39,161 nucleotides of DNA from a virus (IMGVR_UViG_3300038334_000131:1-39161), one strand, 5' to 3'. Counted from the first letter of the stretch, positions 7,385-17,584 are shown. The notes: generated from the sequence alone by a model not told the origin. Numbers and translations are program-made.

Positions 7385-8950
7385 CTATTCTCTTAGTGCG
7401 TTTCCGCAGTTAATATTGTCGTTTGGGAGCTGATAAACCTCATCAGCCCGTCCCCCATAAAATTTTCTATCAATATCACCGATAAGCGCCAACGTCTGCG
7501 CCTGTGTAAATACCGAGGCGGTGTCGGCTTTTTTTAGCTTCACAGTTTGAACCTCTACCGTATTGCTTTGTGTGGCCGCCTGGGCGTTCTTTAATTGTGT
7601 GCCGATGCTTTTCAGCAAGGGCGTGGGCATAAGTTCGCCCACATCGAGCTTGTATTTGTATGGGTTTGCAATGTTCCGCGATATGCCGGTAATGCGGATA
7701 AGCCCATTTATGGCTAAATCAGTATCGCTTATGGTAACGGAGTCGCCAAGGGTAAAGCTTATGGCATTGTCGCGCACATAAGCCTCGTCGTTATTCAGCT
7801 CATACATTGCGTTTGGGTGGTCAAATTTTGCCAGCCACGCCTCGGCTGCTGTTTTTAAGCGGCTTTTGGCATCGGTAACATAAGCAGGCGGGAGCCATAT
7901 ATCAAACAAAACATACTGGTCGCCAATGGCAAACTTCAGGATTTCATTGGGGTAGGTTCCGCTCTCGTCGGTAAAGTAATCAACGGTAAAGGTCTGAGTG
8001 GCGTTGTCGTAACTTAAATCGAAGGTTATCCCGGCCAAAGCTCCGGTTTTAAAGTTGGCTTTGGGTGTAAGTCCGGCCAGCAGGTAGGCGTTTAAATCGA
8101 AGTCCATAGCGGTATCGATAAACACCCGGTTGTTTTCGGTATCGATACCAGTAACCGTACCAGTGCGCTCGGGCTTAATGTCGTCGAATACCTTTACCGC
8201 TTCACGGATGCCGTACAAAGCAACATTACTCTCTACTCGGCTCTCGTTGTTAAGCAGCGGGTTCTCAAAAGCCAGACGCTTATATACCAACGGACTTACA
8301 TAGTCGGGCGGTAGGTTGTTCTGACTGCCATACGCCCACAGCCGGGTAATTATATTGGCGCTTTCAACCTTTTTGCGCGTGAGCTCATAAAGACCCTGGA
8401 ACCGGCCCACTTTAAAGGTTAACCCAGTGTCAACGCCGGGAGTGGTAAAGTGCAACACCTTACCAACAAGATAAAACTCAAAGCCCAGCTCGTCTTTAAT
8501 GTAGTTTATGGCATCGAGCACACTCATATTGTCGAAGGTGAGTGTTTTTACCTCGGTAACATCGCAGGTTCCGGCGCTATAGCCTCCCAAATCGCGGTTA
8601 AGGTTGGTAATACACAAATCGAGAAAGCCCTGGGCGTTGCCGGTAAAATCGAAATAAAAATCGGAGTAAAGCAAAAAGCTTGCTTTTTGAAGCTCGTAAA
8701 TACCGCCCTGGAATTGACACTCGTATTTGTGCTCGTTGGCGCTGGCCTTGGTGTAATTAGGCAAGCTGTTCAAACAGTATTCAAGGCCGTTCAATAGTAG
8801 GTTGTCGCCAATTTGCAAATCAATATACGAGCTGTGGGTAAAGCTCAATTTAACCAGGTCGTCGGTCATAAGCTTTTGAACCAGCTCGCTATTGTCATCA
8901 GGGCGAACGTAGGCAATAATTGCGCTATCTCTGTAAATCTTAAGAAGCAT
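7385..8950 (-). CDS. Phage tail (Tal/hub-like) protein
   Basis: Position after Dit; IITRLWAYGSQNNLP, YGIREAVKVFDDIKP and LGDSVTISD motifs of prophage tail proteins. Confidence 0.8.
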   Translation of the reverse strand: MLLKIYRDSAIIAYVRPDDNSELVQKLMTDDLVKLSFTHSSYIDLQIGDNLLLNGLEYCLNSLPNYTKASANEHKYECQFQGGIYELQKASFLLYSDFYFDFTGNAQGFLDLCITNLNRDLGGYSAGTCDVTEVKTLTFDNMSVLDAINYIKDELGFEFYLVGKVLHFTTPGVDTGLTFKVGRFQGLYELTRKKVESANIITRLWAYGSQNNLPPDYVSPLVYKRLAFENPLLNNESRVESNVALYGIREAVKVFDDIKPERTGTVTGIDTENNRVFIDTAMDFDLNAYLLAGLTPKANFKTGALAGITFDLSYDNATQTFTVDYFTDESGTYPNEILKFAIGDQYVLFDIWLPPAYVTDAKSRLKTAAEAWLAKFDHPNAMYELNNDEAYVRDNAISFTLGDSVTISDTDLAINGLIRITGISRNIANPYKYKLDVGELMPTPLLKSIGTQLKNAQAATQSNTVEVQTVKLKKADTASVFTQAQTLALIGDIDRKFYGGRADEVYQLPNDNINCGNALRE

Positions 8951-10109
8951 TATAATAAACCTCCCATCCTTTACTTATTAAAGTATTGATTGCCGAAATT
9001 CCCGAGGCGTTGGGTACCGCGTTGGTTCCGCCTGAAATATTCAAATACCCATTATCGGAGGCCACAATCTCTGAGCTTAGCAACAACTCGTCAACTGAAG
9101 CCTGGCTCAACGCATTACCGCTTAGGTTCAGGTGAGCCGTTCCATAAGCCGGGTAAGGCGGAAACTTACCATGTCTATAAGTAGTGATGCCGGCGTTAAC
9201 TAAATTAACAGTATGAGTCTTATTAAATGGGTCCTTCGATAGCCAGAAGGTTGCCCCATTGTAATTATACAAAGCCCACAGTCTGAGCTCAAAAACCGTT
9301 GGCTCATTAACCGTAAAAGCCTGGCTATAATTAAGCACACTGGCGTTGGTTTCGAGTAGAACCACACCATCCCGTATAATTTGCCACTTTGAATCTATTG
9401 CATTGCCATAAGTTGGGTGTCCAAAGGCACCATATTTTACAGCGTCAACAGCAAAAGTAAAGTCGTCGTTTGCCGTAAAGCTTAAGCCATCGGTTGGGTC
9501 TAAAGTGTAAGGATATCCCACGGTAGTAACTCCGTCGGCATCTATAATAATATCAACCTCTCCGGCGCTGGCGTATTGGTGCGTATAATCACCAGGGCCG
9601 GGCAATAACTCCCTGGCTCCGTCGCCCCAAAATATATAGGCGGGCTCTGTTCCGGCATAGGTAATCGTATTAACCACATCGCCACTGCCGTAAGTAATCC
9701 ACCGCGTTGCCGCCGGGTTGGCGTCGGTAAGCTTCAGATTAAATAAATAGGCATGTTGCCCGCCTGAAGCTGGCGAATATTTGCCGGTAATCTCGGGCTC
9801 TTTAAACACAAGCATTCCTTTGCGATAATCGCCACGAACACTAAGTACAACCAACCCGGCGGCAAAAGCACTATTAAAGGCCTGCATTTTATCTACAAGC
9901 GCCTGCTTGCTGTCGGCCAGGCAAATACACTCAAAGGTGTAGTCCTGCTCTTTTAGCCTGATGTTATTAAAGTCAACGTCTACACCGCTTTTGTCTGCCC
10001 AAACGCGTTTACTTATACGTTGAGCCGCTCCATCGAGCAGCCCGGTAACTTTTATAACCTCAATGCCATTGGCGGCAAAAACATCGGTATTATTAATTAA
10101 GTATTGCAT
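8940..10109 (-). CDS. Distal-tail-like protein with PKD-like and C-terminal LRR-like extension
   Basis: Follows tape measure; IFWGDG...YTHQYASAG; LNLSGNALSQASVDELL. Confidence 0.65.
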   Translation of the reverse strand: MQYLINNTDVFAANGIEVIKVTGLLDGAAQRISKRVWADKSGVDVDFNNIRLKEQDYTFECICLADSKQALVDKMQAFNSAFAAGLVVLSVRGDYRKGMLVFKEPEITGKYSPASGGQHAYLFNLKLTDANPAATRWITYGSGDVVNTITYAGTEPAYIFWGDGARELLPGPGDYTHQYASAGEVDIIIDADGVTTVGYPYTLDPTDGLSFTANDDFTFAVDAVKYGAFGHPTYGNAIDSKWQIIRDGVVLLETNASVLNYSQAFTVNEPTVFELRLWALYNYNGATFWLSKDPFNKTHTVNLVNAGITTYRHGKFPPYPAYGTAHLNLSGNALSQASVDELLLSSEIVASDNGYLNISGGTNAVPNASGISAINTLISKGWEVYYNAS

Positions 10110-10111
10110 AG

Positions 10112-13100
10112 CTAAAATCCTGAATTTTGTAAAACGTCGCGGGTTTCTTTGGTGTATTTTTCAATGTTGCCCAGCTTTTTATCCATCTTGTTTAAAACGT
10201 CGAGGTGCTGACTGGCACTAATAACCAATTTCGCCAGGTCTACCCGCATGGCTCCGGTGTGCCCGGCCAATATATTTGCAGTTCCTTCCTGGATGTTTTT
10301 AACAGCTCCGGCGGTCGATTGCGAGTCGGTTCCGGCAAGCGCCGACGGGCTAAAAAGGTCGGGAAAATTCTCAACCATTGTTTTCCACTGTTCGTCCATT
10401 TCGGCAATCATGGCTAACCACTGCTGATTTAATGCGGTGCGTTCCTCGGCTGTAAGTCCATCGGCGTCGCGGCTGGCTTCGGCTAAACTCTCATACCATT
10501 GCGCAGCCTGCTCCATAATAAAGCGGTCTTTGAACTGGGCAACCAAAGCCTCGCGCATCACATCGTTCAGTCCTTCTCCAAAGCGTTTAATAAAGTCGTC
10601 GCCAGCAAGCTGGGCGTCGAGCCATATTTGGGCAATTTTATCGCCCAGCGAGCTGGCGGTTGTACCGGTAACCCGCTCATTCCACTCGTCCATCATTTGA
10701 TTAAAAGCTTCGACAAGCCCTTCATAATGCTCCATGTCCTGGTTAATCATATCCCAGACATCACTTTGCAAGCTGTATCCGCTTTTAACTAAAGATTGAG
10801 CATAAGCATAGGCTTCTTCAACGCCGCTAACTTCAACCGAACCAATAGGCCCATTTTCGTCTGATACTGGCAAATAATAGGTTTTGTTTTCCAGCGCATT
10901 CTTTTGTGTGGTAATTTCATCTAAAGTTTTTCTAGTTAATTCGTCAGCCTTTAGCCCATTCAGTTGCTTTATTAGGTCAATTTGGCGCTCAAGAAAATCG
11001 TTCTGTAGCTGAAGCTGGCGGGTATATTTCTCTTCGTTGAAGGCTCTTATACGCTCGGCCTCGGCGCGTTTCTCCTCAAGGGTCGACAGGTTTCCAAACA
11101 GCTTTATTATTGAAGTGAACGTTTGCAAAATGCCACCTACAGCCTGGGCGTAATTACCCGATGCAAAACCGGCGGCAATATTGGCCGCTCCGGCGGCTAA
11201 ATCGGCAGCGGTGTTAATCGACTCGGCAAGCTTTTCGTTAAAGGTGCCGGCCAGTGCTGCCATGTCGCCCAAAATAGCTGAAGCGTCGCTAAGATTAGAC
11301 GCTAGTTTTTGGTCAAGCTTCTCGTTTGCTTCAGCAAGCTTTTTCTGAAGCTCAATTTTCTTTTCCTCGGGCATTCCGGCAACTTCAAGCTCCTTTTGAA
11401 TCCGGGCAATAAAGTCCTTTAACTCCTTGCGGCTGTAATTTTCGATATTCTTAAACAGCCAGCTATACAGGCCGTTCTCTTTTTGCAGAGCAAAAACAGC
11501 AGCCCGGTATTGTTCGTCGAGCACTTCAATATGACCGGTAAGCCCGCGCTCCTGCAAAAGCTGTTTATCCTTCAGGTACTTTTCAGTAAGGGCGTTAAGC
11601 TTTTGGTAATGGTTTTTTGTGTCGGCAAATAGCTTGTTTAGGTAATCGCGCTGCTTTTTAGCTTCTTTATCCTCCTCCTTGGTGGCTTTTGCGTCGTCTT
11701 TTTTCGTTACACTTTGAAGCTCCAGGGCTGCAAATCCAATTTGGTCTTTGGTAAGCTTACCGGCAAGCAGTTTTTTCAACAAATCGGCATAGGTACCCGC
11801 TTTTTTAAGCAGCTCGGCATAAAGCTTGTCTGCCTCGTCCTGGCTAATTTGCGACTTTACCGCCTCATATTCCTTATAGGCTTCTTTTTGCGCCAGAATA
11901 TTCTTTTTCCATTTATCAAAAGCGGTGGATTCGTCGTCATCATCATCATCATCATCATCATCATCGGCGTTTATCTCGGCGGTTATACCAAGTATTAGCT
12001 TTAATTGTTCAATGCGCTTTTGATAATCCTCTGTTTCAGAGGCAAGCTCCTCGCGCTCTTTTTCGCGAACAGCCAGTACCTCTTTTTGTATACTAAGAAA
12101 ATTAAGAAGCTTTTGTTCTTCTGTTCTCGAGTCAATGGTTTGTCCGCCAACATCGCGAACAGAGCCCGTGCGTCCGGCCTCTTTTTGTAATTGAACCTGT
12201 TTGCTTAAATACTCAACGGTCTTTTTTAGCTTTTCCTCTTTAGTACCCTCCGAAAGGGCAATGTCTTTATTGGCTTTTAAAATAGCTTCCTGAATGTCGA
12301 GCCACACATTGGCCTCTTTTGTTCTCGCGTCAGCAAGCTTTGCCGCTTTCGACTCCTCATCCTCGCTTAAATTCGCAAGAATAATGCGGTTACTAAGCTG
12401 CTCGTTGTAAAGGCGCAGGTTTTCCTTCAGCTTTTCTGTATTCAGATTTTCTGCCTCAAGGCCGCGGACAATATCCGGGCTTAACTCTTTTAGCTGCTCA
12501 AGAATATGGCGGCGCTGGTCTTCCTTGGTATTTGAATCGGTTAATTGCATAACCAGCCTATTAACCTCTTCGCTTTCCTGCCTTATTTTATCGGCTGGAG
12601 AAATTTTAACCCACTCGGTAACCCGGCCAATTAGTTTGGAGTAATTCCCATACAACCCGGTTAAACTAGGGCTCAAGCGCGAACCTATAGCCACATAAAG
12701 GGCGTCGGTTGAGTCCTCGGCGTTACTCATTGCGCCACCCAGCGTTTTCGATATGGCGGCCATGGAACCGGCAACGCCTTCCATTTTACCCAGCCCAAGT
12801 ATATAATTGCGAATAGCCTGGGCGTTGTTCTCAACCTCAGTGGTAACGCCTTTAAAGGTGTACTTAATAATGTCGCCGTTCTTTTGGGCTTTTATACCAA
12901 ACTCTTTTAAACGCTCATTTTCGCCCATTTCAGCATCGAGCAGCGCCTCTGCCAATTGGTCAAAATCTTTGGCCTTGCTCGACGCCAGGTCGCCAAGGTT
13001 TGTCATTTCTTCCATGGTTGGCTGAAAGCCCTGGCCTACCATCTTAACAAAGGAGTCGGTAAGGTTATTTAATTGAAAGGGGGTTTTTGCAGCAAACTCC

Positions 13101-13396
13101 TGAAGCTTATCCATAGCAGCAACCGCCCGGTCGTGCGAGCCCAGCGAATTGGTGAGCACCGCTTCGTACTTTTCAAAATCGGCGGTCAGGGTTTTAATTT
13201 CGGCGGTTATTTCCCTAATTTGGTCAAAGGTGAAATAACTAACCATGCCAATACCCACCTTTTTAAGCACCGAATCCAGGTCGTTCACTTTCTGTTCAAC
13301 CTGGTCACCGGCGCCCGCCATTAAACCTTTAAGCTCGGCCACATCCTGGCGAAACTGGTCTAAATACAATCTATATTCAACTCCCGGGTCGTTCAT
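10112..13396 (-). CDS. Tape measure protein
   Basis: 1094 aa, helical; LQEFAAKTPFQL, LGDLAS, GENERLKEFGI tape-measure motifs. Confidence 0.92.
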   Translation of the reverse strand: MNDPGVEYRLYLDQFRQDVAELKGLMAGAGDQVEQKVNDLDSVLKKVGIGMVSYFTFDQIREITAEIKTLTADFEKYEAVLTNSLGSHDRAVAAMDKLQEFAAKTPFQLNNLTDSFVKMVGQGFQPTMEEMTNLGDLASSKAKDFDQLAEALLDAEMGENERLKEFGIKAQKNGDIIKYTFKGVTTEVENNAQAIRNYILGLGKMEGVAGSMAAISKTLGGAMSNAEDSTDALYVAIGSRLSPSLTGLYGNYSKLIGRVTEWVKISPADKIRQESEEVNRLVMQLTDSNTKEDQRRHILEQLKELSPDIVRGLEAENLNTEKLKENLRLYNEQLSNRIILANLSEDEESKAAKLADARTKEANVWLDIQEAILKANKDIALSEGTKEEKLKKTVEYLSKQVQLQKEAGRTGSVRDVGGQTIDSRTEEQKLLNFLSIQKEVLAVREKEREELASETEDYQKRIEQLKLILGITAEINADDDDDDDDDDDESTAFDKWKKNILAQKEAYKEYEAVKSQISQDEADKLYAELLKKAGTYADLLKKLLAGKLTKDQIGFAALELQSVTKKDDAKATKEEDKEAKKQRDYLNKLFADTKNHYQKLNALTEKYLKDKQLLQERGLTGHIEVLDEQYRAAVFALQKENGLYSWLFKNIENYSRKELKDFIARIQKELEVAGMPEEKKIELQKKLAEANEKLDQKLASNLSDASAILGDMAALAGTFNEKLAESINTAADLAAGAANIAAGFASGNYAQAVGGILQTFTSIIKLFGNLSTLEEKRAEAERIRAFNEEKYTRQLQLQNDFLERQIDLIKQLNGLKADELTRKTLDEITTQKNALENKTYYLPVSDENGPIGSVEVSGVEEAYAYAQSLVKSGYSLQSDVWDMINQDMEHYEGLVEAFNQMMDEWNERVTGTTASSLGDKIAQIWLDAQLAGDDFIKRFGEGLNDVMREALVAQFKDRFIMEQAAQWYESLAEASRDADGLTAEERTALNQQWLAMIAEMDEQWKTMVENFPDLFSPSALAGTDSQSTAGAVKNIQEGTANILAGHTGAMRVDLAKLVISASQHLDVLNKMDKKLGNIEKYTKETRDVLQNSGF
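11931..11966. repeat. (TCA)9 microsatellite encoding poly-Asp in the tape measure
   Basis: tcgtcg(tca)9tcg; protein ADDDDDDDDDDDE. Confidence 0.9.
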
Positions 13397-13405
13397 TGTT
13401 TTTTT

Positions 13406-13594
13406 TTATTTGTCGTTGCTGGCCCTGGCGGCTAATTCGCCCAGGGTAATTTCTTCGCCTTGTTCCTCGTCGCCCTCAATAGCGGCTATCAGCATTATTA
13501 AGTTTACAAAACTTATTTCCCACAATACATAGTCTAAAGTCCATCCATAGTACTTAACCACACCTTGAAACATGTGCCAGGGGCTATTTAACTC
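13406..13594 (-). CDS. Tail assembly chaperone gpT-like segment (frameshift extension; not in ORF track)
   Basis: -1 frame relative to 13588..14046 reads ELNSPWHMFQGVVKYYGWTLDYVLWEISFVNLIMLIAAIEGDEEQGEEITLGELAARASNDK*. Confidence 0.8.
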   Translation of the reverse strand, partial: ELNSPWHMFQGVVKYYGWTLDYVLWEISFVNLIMLIAAIEGDEEQGEEITLGELAARASNDK

Positions 13595-14046
13595 CCCTGA
13601 TTCAGAAGGCTCACTCCTTTTATCAAAGTGATAGAAGTCATAAAAGACTTAATCTCCAGGCTCGAGGTTATGGCTACAAACACATTAAACACCGACTCCC
13701 AATCGGTATCGTTCGTAATAAACTCAAGCAGTTTATCGGGCGGTTCCTCCTTGCAGTTCGAAATGCCTATTGCACAAATCTTAATCAAATCGGGCATGGA
13801 ATGATTCATACACCGCAAAGCCTCGCGCCAAGGGTCGGGCTTATTCGCATCAAAGCCAACTTGTAATAACAAGCCGCTTATTCGCATCAAATTCCCAGGG
13901 CTTAAATGGCCAATAGAAAAGGCCCGCTCTTTAGGCCGTATTTTTAAACGGTGCAGCCATGTAAGCCGGTTCACCCTCATGGTAACCTTTTTAGTTTTCC
14001 CGGTCATGGCCGCAACCGCTTTCTTTTGAATGTCGTTCCCGTTCAT
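13588..14046 (-). CDS. Tail assembly chaperone gpG-like
   Basis: Lies between major tail and tape measure genes. Confidence 0.75.
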   Translation of the reverse strand: MNGNDIQKKAVAAMTGKTKKVTMRVNRLTWLHRLKIRPKERAFSIGHLSPGNLMRISGLLLQVGFDANKPDPWREALRCMNHSMPDLIKICAIGISNCKEEPPDKLLEFITNDTDWESVFNVFVAITSSLEIKSFMTSITLIKGVSLLNQGS

Positions 14047-14057
14047 AGCTAATTGTA

Positions 14058-14087
14058 TAAAAAGCCTCGGAGGTATTCCGAGGCTTT
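14058..14087 (-). terminator. Intrinsic terminator after major tail gene
   Basis: AAAGCCTCGGA/TCCGAGGCTTT hairpin with T-run on the minus strand. Confidence 0.8.
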
Positions 14088-14095
14088 AATTAATA

Positions 14096-14614
14096 CTATA
14101 CCGATACCTCTGCGCTTTGGAATGGACTCAAATCTGCTCCCAGAGCATCCTTTGGAACCAAAACATACATATCGACCGATATTTCGGCCATGCCTGTTTT
14201 GTTGTACTTACCCGAGTAACCGGGTACCACAATCACTTTGGGGGCAGTAGCCACCTCGTGTTTTCCATCGGTGTCGCCTGAGGTTATCTCAACACTTTGG
14301 TTTTTCAACACCCGGGTGGTGGGTGCGCTCCATTTGCCTAGGACGACTTCGCCGCCAAACAAAGTGGCTTTCAACGCTGAGGAACAATTGAACGTTGAAA
14401 AGGAGATTTTCATAACAGCGTTACTGTCGTCAATCAACGCTACAATGGGGTTTGGTTTGTCGTCCGGGGTGATAAAACTCACGCCCGGCTTGGGAAAGTC
14501 AATCATACAGGTGTCCTTTACAATGTCCTCAAACACGGTGTCGAGTGCTGCTCCCATAGCGCCATCAGCGCCACAATCCCCCATCTTAATCGATTTTACA
14601 TTTCTGATATACAT
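14096..14614 (-). CDS. Major tail tube protein
   Basis: Size, position, beta-rich, LFGGEV...WSAP motif. Confidence 0.75.
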   Translation of the reverse strand: MYIRNVKSIKMGDCGADGAMGAALDTVFEDIVKDTCMIDFPKPGVSFITPDDKPNPIVALIDDSNAVMKISFSTFNCSSALKATLFGGEVVLGKWSAPTTRVLKNQSVEITSGDTDGKHEVATAPKVIVVPGYSGKYNKTGMAEISVDMYVLVPKDALGADLSPFQSAEVSV

Positions 14615-14639
14615 TTGAAATGGTTTTAAGGGTTACTAA

Positions 14640-15281
14640 TTAATCTTCAAGTTGCTCCTCAAGCGCCTGTGTGGCCTCTTCTAAAGCAACGGTAAGTTTT
14701 TCAATACGCTTGTTCAGCTCAACAAGCTCACGCTCGGCATCATTAGCAGCCTCCTCGGCTTTTTTAATTACTACCTGGTTTTGCTCAAGCTTGGTTTTCT
14801 CAACAGCCTCGCTGTCTTTTTTTGCCTTCAACAGGTCGGCAGCCGCTTGCTCGGCGGCTTGCTTTGCCTCGTCTGTTTTTTCGGCTTTAGCCTTCGAGTC
14901 GGCCAGCTTTTTAGCCTCGGCAGCTTTGCCCACTTCGGTTAAGGCGTCGGCAGCCGCTCTGTCAACTTCCTTACCCTTATTCACAGCTTCGGTAAAAGCC
15001 TCGTTGGCTTTTTCAACCGCTGCGGTTCTGGTTTCAACTTGAGATTTAGCCTCGTCAAGCGCTGCTTCAACCTCTTTAACTGTAGACTCGGCACTTTTTA
15101 CGAGTACGCCTTTTAGTTTCTCGCGAGTTACGCCGCCCAAAAACTTTGTCTCATTCTCGGCACTGTGCGAAAGCGCTCGGCTCTCGGCTGCAAAAGCGTT
15201 TCCATTGTCACAAACAAAAACTTCTTTTAACTTTGGGTTTCGTGCAAAAACACCCCTGGCAATTTCATATTTACGTTCCAT
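14640..15281 (-). CDS. Ala/Glu/Lys-rich coiled-coil phage protein
   Basis: Short globular N-terminus (EVFVCDNGNAF) followed by a long heptad region. Confidence 0.75.
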   Translation of the reverse strand: MERKYEIARGVFARNPKLKEVFVCDNGNAFAAESRALSHSAENETKFLGGVTREKLKGVLVKSAESTVKEVEAALDEAKSQVETRTAAVEKANEAFTEAVNKGKEVDRAAADALTEVGKAAEAKKLADSKAKAEKTDEAKQAAEQAAADLLKAKKDSEAVEKTKLEQNQVVIKKAEEAANDAERELVELNKRIEKLTVALEEATQALEEQLED

Positions 15282-15302
15282 AATTAACGTTTTAAATTTT
15301 TA

Positions 15303-15704
15303 CTATTTTTTTAAGGGAGTACCCCGTAAGAGGTAGCTTCCAAAGAAAAAGCCCAACACAATTAAGAAAGCTGTTGGCAATCCCCAGGCTTCTCCAAACT
15401 CTTTAATCTTATTGGCAAGCTCCGGGTTGGTAAAATAGAGCCACACTACCAGCCAAAACAAAGCGAAAAAGTTAACTATCACCACATAACTTATTACCCT
15501 TCGCGCCCGGCTGCGCTCTGTACTTTCGCCAAGCGTATCTTTCGCATGCTCGGCCAGTCCGTCGGCAACCTTCAGATTAAACTCACTGCGCTCCTGGTTG
15601 CTGAAGTGTAATTTATCAGCACCCGAAGCCACCTTATTAATAAGGTTGTCAACATCTATCGCTTTTTTAAACAAAGGCATGGTATCTGGTTTTTCCGTTA
15701 TCAT
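15303..15704 (-). CDS. Holin-like membrane protein
   Basis: Two TM helices, LGFFFGS ending, adjacent to endolysin. Confidence 0.65.
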   Translation of the reverse strand: MITEKPDTMPLFKKAIDVDNLINKVASGADKLHFSNQERSEFNLKVADGLAEHAKDTLGESTERSRARRVISYVVIVNFFALFWLVVWLYFTNPELANKIKEFGEAWGLPTAFLIVLGFFFGSYLLRGTPLKK

Positions 15705-16143
15705 TCACCGCCTTGAGCACGCTAAAGCGATTCAAGCCGCGTTCGGTATAGCTCACATGTACCCAGTCGGGCTGTTCGTCGTCGCCAAACTCCCAAATCA
15801 ACTGGTCAAAGGTCAGGTTTTCCTTAATGTAGCGGAAAAGCCTGGCGTTGTCTTTACATTGTAAATCAGCAGCCTCGCCTTTACAGTGCTGGCTGGTGGC
15901 TACATACACACCGTTTTCAATACGGTGAGCTCCGCCAATCAGTTCGTTCAGGGCTTTACTTCTAAACCCGGAGCTAACAAACAAAGGCATGTCGAGCGCC
16001 ACCCGGGCCGGTTCAAGAACCCGGTTAACTAAAGCCGACAACGCATTGAACTGCGACGGATCGGGCATGTTACCTATCCGGTGTTGTATGGCGGTTTGGC
16101 TTTTAACAAACTCTTTTAGGTGGAAGTGTTTACTTATCTGCAT
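15667..16143 (-). CDS. Endolysin, peptidase M15 family
   Basis: ISKHFHLKEF, VSSGFRS, SQHCKGEAAD, FDQLIWE, WVHVSY. Confidence 0.92.
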   Translation of the reverse strand: MQISKHFHLKEFVKSQTAIQHRIGNMPDPSQFNALSALVNRVLEPARVALDMPLFVSSGFRSKALNELIGGAHRIENGVYVATSQHCKGEAADLQCKDNARLFRYIKENLTFDQLIWEFGDDEQPDWVHVSYTERGLNRFSVLKAVNDNGKTRYHAFV

Positions 16144-16390
16144 GACTAAAATTTTTACAGCTTGCCTGGTTTAATTCTACTTTACGAATGCGCTCGGCAT
16201 GGTCGTTTAGTCGCTTCTCGTTGGTTCCAAACCGATGGTCAATATTGTCGAGCCTGGTCTGGTGGGCAACAAGAACCTCGTTGGCTTTATTCAGGCTTTT
16301 TATAAGGTCTTCAAACTTCAGCAACAAGCGCAAAAGCAAAGCTCCTATAATACCTAACAATACGCTTATTATATATAAGGTCATAAACAC
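16130..16390 (-). CDS. Single-TM coiled-coil protein (holin-like)
   Basis: N-terminal TM helix plus coiled coil, upstream of endolysin. Confidence 0.6.
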   Translation of the reverse strand: MFMTLYIISVLLGIIGALLLRLLLKFEDLIKSLNKANEVLVAHQTRLDNIDHRFGTNEKRLNDHAERIRKVELNQASCKNFSHADK

Positions 16391-16451
16391 AGTTTTTAAA
16401 AGCGCCGCCTACTCTGGTAGCCATTTCGGCGGCTTAGCTACGGGGTTTATC

Positions 16452-17525
16452 TTACGCTCCGGCAGCTTGCACAAGTGCAAATATGCCTTTCTGGTCGCTC
16501 CTGCGAATTCTACCACCAGCTCGTAAAAGAGCCGAGTAAATGTCGCCATAATGGGTTGGGTCGCCCTCGTTCTCAAAGAACTCATGGTCGCCTAAAGCGC
16601 GAATAACGCTTTGTTTTTGCCATGCCAGTACGGCTGCGTTGTCCGTGTCAGCTTCAGCAGCGTCGGGGTCTTTTGCCACCGGGGTCGCGTCGTTGGTGTA
16701 TGCAGCAACATAAGCGCGTTCGTCCAAGAAGGTAAAGCTGAACATCTTACCCACAACACCGGTCTTTTCGTCGTAGCTTTGCGAGAAATCGCGGTACTGG
16801 GTAGCGGTAAGGTTGTCGGTAAACTGCTCATACATATCGGCGTCGAATTGTATAAAGCGGTCTGTTTTGGGCACTCCGGCCTTATTCATAAGCTTGCGGA
16901 GGTTTTTAACATCGGCAACAGTAACCGCCTGGCGGGTTCCAATACCAATATGAGCAGCCACAGCGGCTCCGGTGGTACGTACAATATTAGTGGCCAAACT
17001 GGGGCACCACTGGCGCAACATCCAATCACCAACCAATTCACTAATGGCATCTTTACTCTCGCCAAGCACACTCTGCCTTTTATTGTATGATAGCTCATAC
17101 TTTTCGGCGTTGGGTATTTTAACCGGATCGCTGGTGTACTCGTCCAAACTAAAGGTAATGTCAGTGTCGCTTCGCAGGGTTACGGCAGCCGCCGAGCTGG
17201 TATCGCGATTACGACTAACGCCTACTTTGGCTCCTGCCTGCGGTATGTGAACAACCTTGCCGCTTAATACAAACTCGTCGGCGTTCATACACTTATCCAT
17301 AAATGGATTAGCCTTAAAAAGGTTGCCTACAATGTCGCCAAGCCAAATCTCTTTTTCAACCGCCATGGTTAAAACGCCGGTCATGCTTGGCAAAAACGAT
17401 TTAATCACGCTCAGGGTGGTTAAGGCCCCAAAAACGTGATAAGGGTTAAACCCGGTTCCGGCTGCTATGGTCAAGCTCATAACAGCGGTAAACAACAGGG
17501 CTACTAAAAAACTAATGGGTTTCAT
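16452..17525 (-). CDS. Major capsid protein with hydrophobic N-terminal leader
   Basis: Follows protease/scaffold; AVEKEIW, VVHIPQAG, YELSYNKRQSV, GDIYSALLRAGG. Confidence 0.85.
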   Translation of the reverse strand: MKPISFLVALLFTAVMSLTIAAGTGFNPYHVFGALTTLSVIKSFLPSMTGVLTMAVEKEIWLGDIVGNLFKANPFMDKCMNADEFVLSGKVVHIPQAGAKVGVSRNRDTSSAAAVTLRSDTDITFSLDEYTSDPVKIPNAEKYELSYNKRQSVLGESKDAISELVGDWMLRQWCPSLATNIVRTTGAAVAAHIGIGTRQAVTVADVKNLRKLMNKAGVPKTDRFIQFDADMYEQFTDNLTATQYRDFSQSYDEKTGVVGKMFSFTFLDERAYVAAYTNDATPVAKDPDAAEADTDNAAVLAWQKQSVIRALGDHEFFENEGDPTHYGDIYSALLRAGGRIRRSDQKGIFALVQAAGA

Positions 17526-17584
17526 AAATATAGTTTTAAGGATTAATAACTAAACTTTGGTTAATAACACACGGTCGGCGGAGC

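Noticed and set aside
3598-10109. Diversity-generating retroelement as in some Bacteroides Mu-like phages
   Set aside because: No reverse transcriptase ORF, and no template/variable repeat pair differing at adenines was seen
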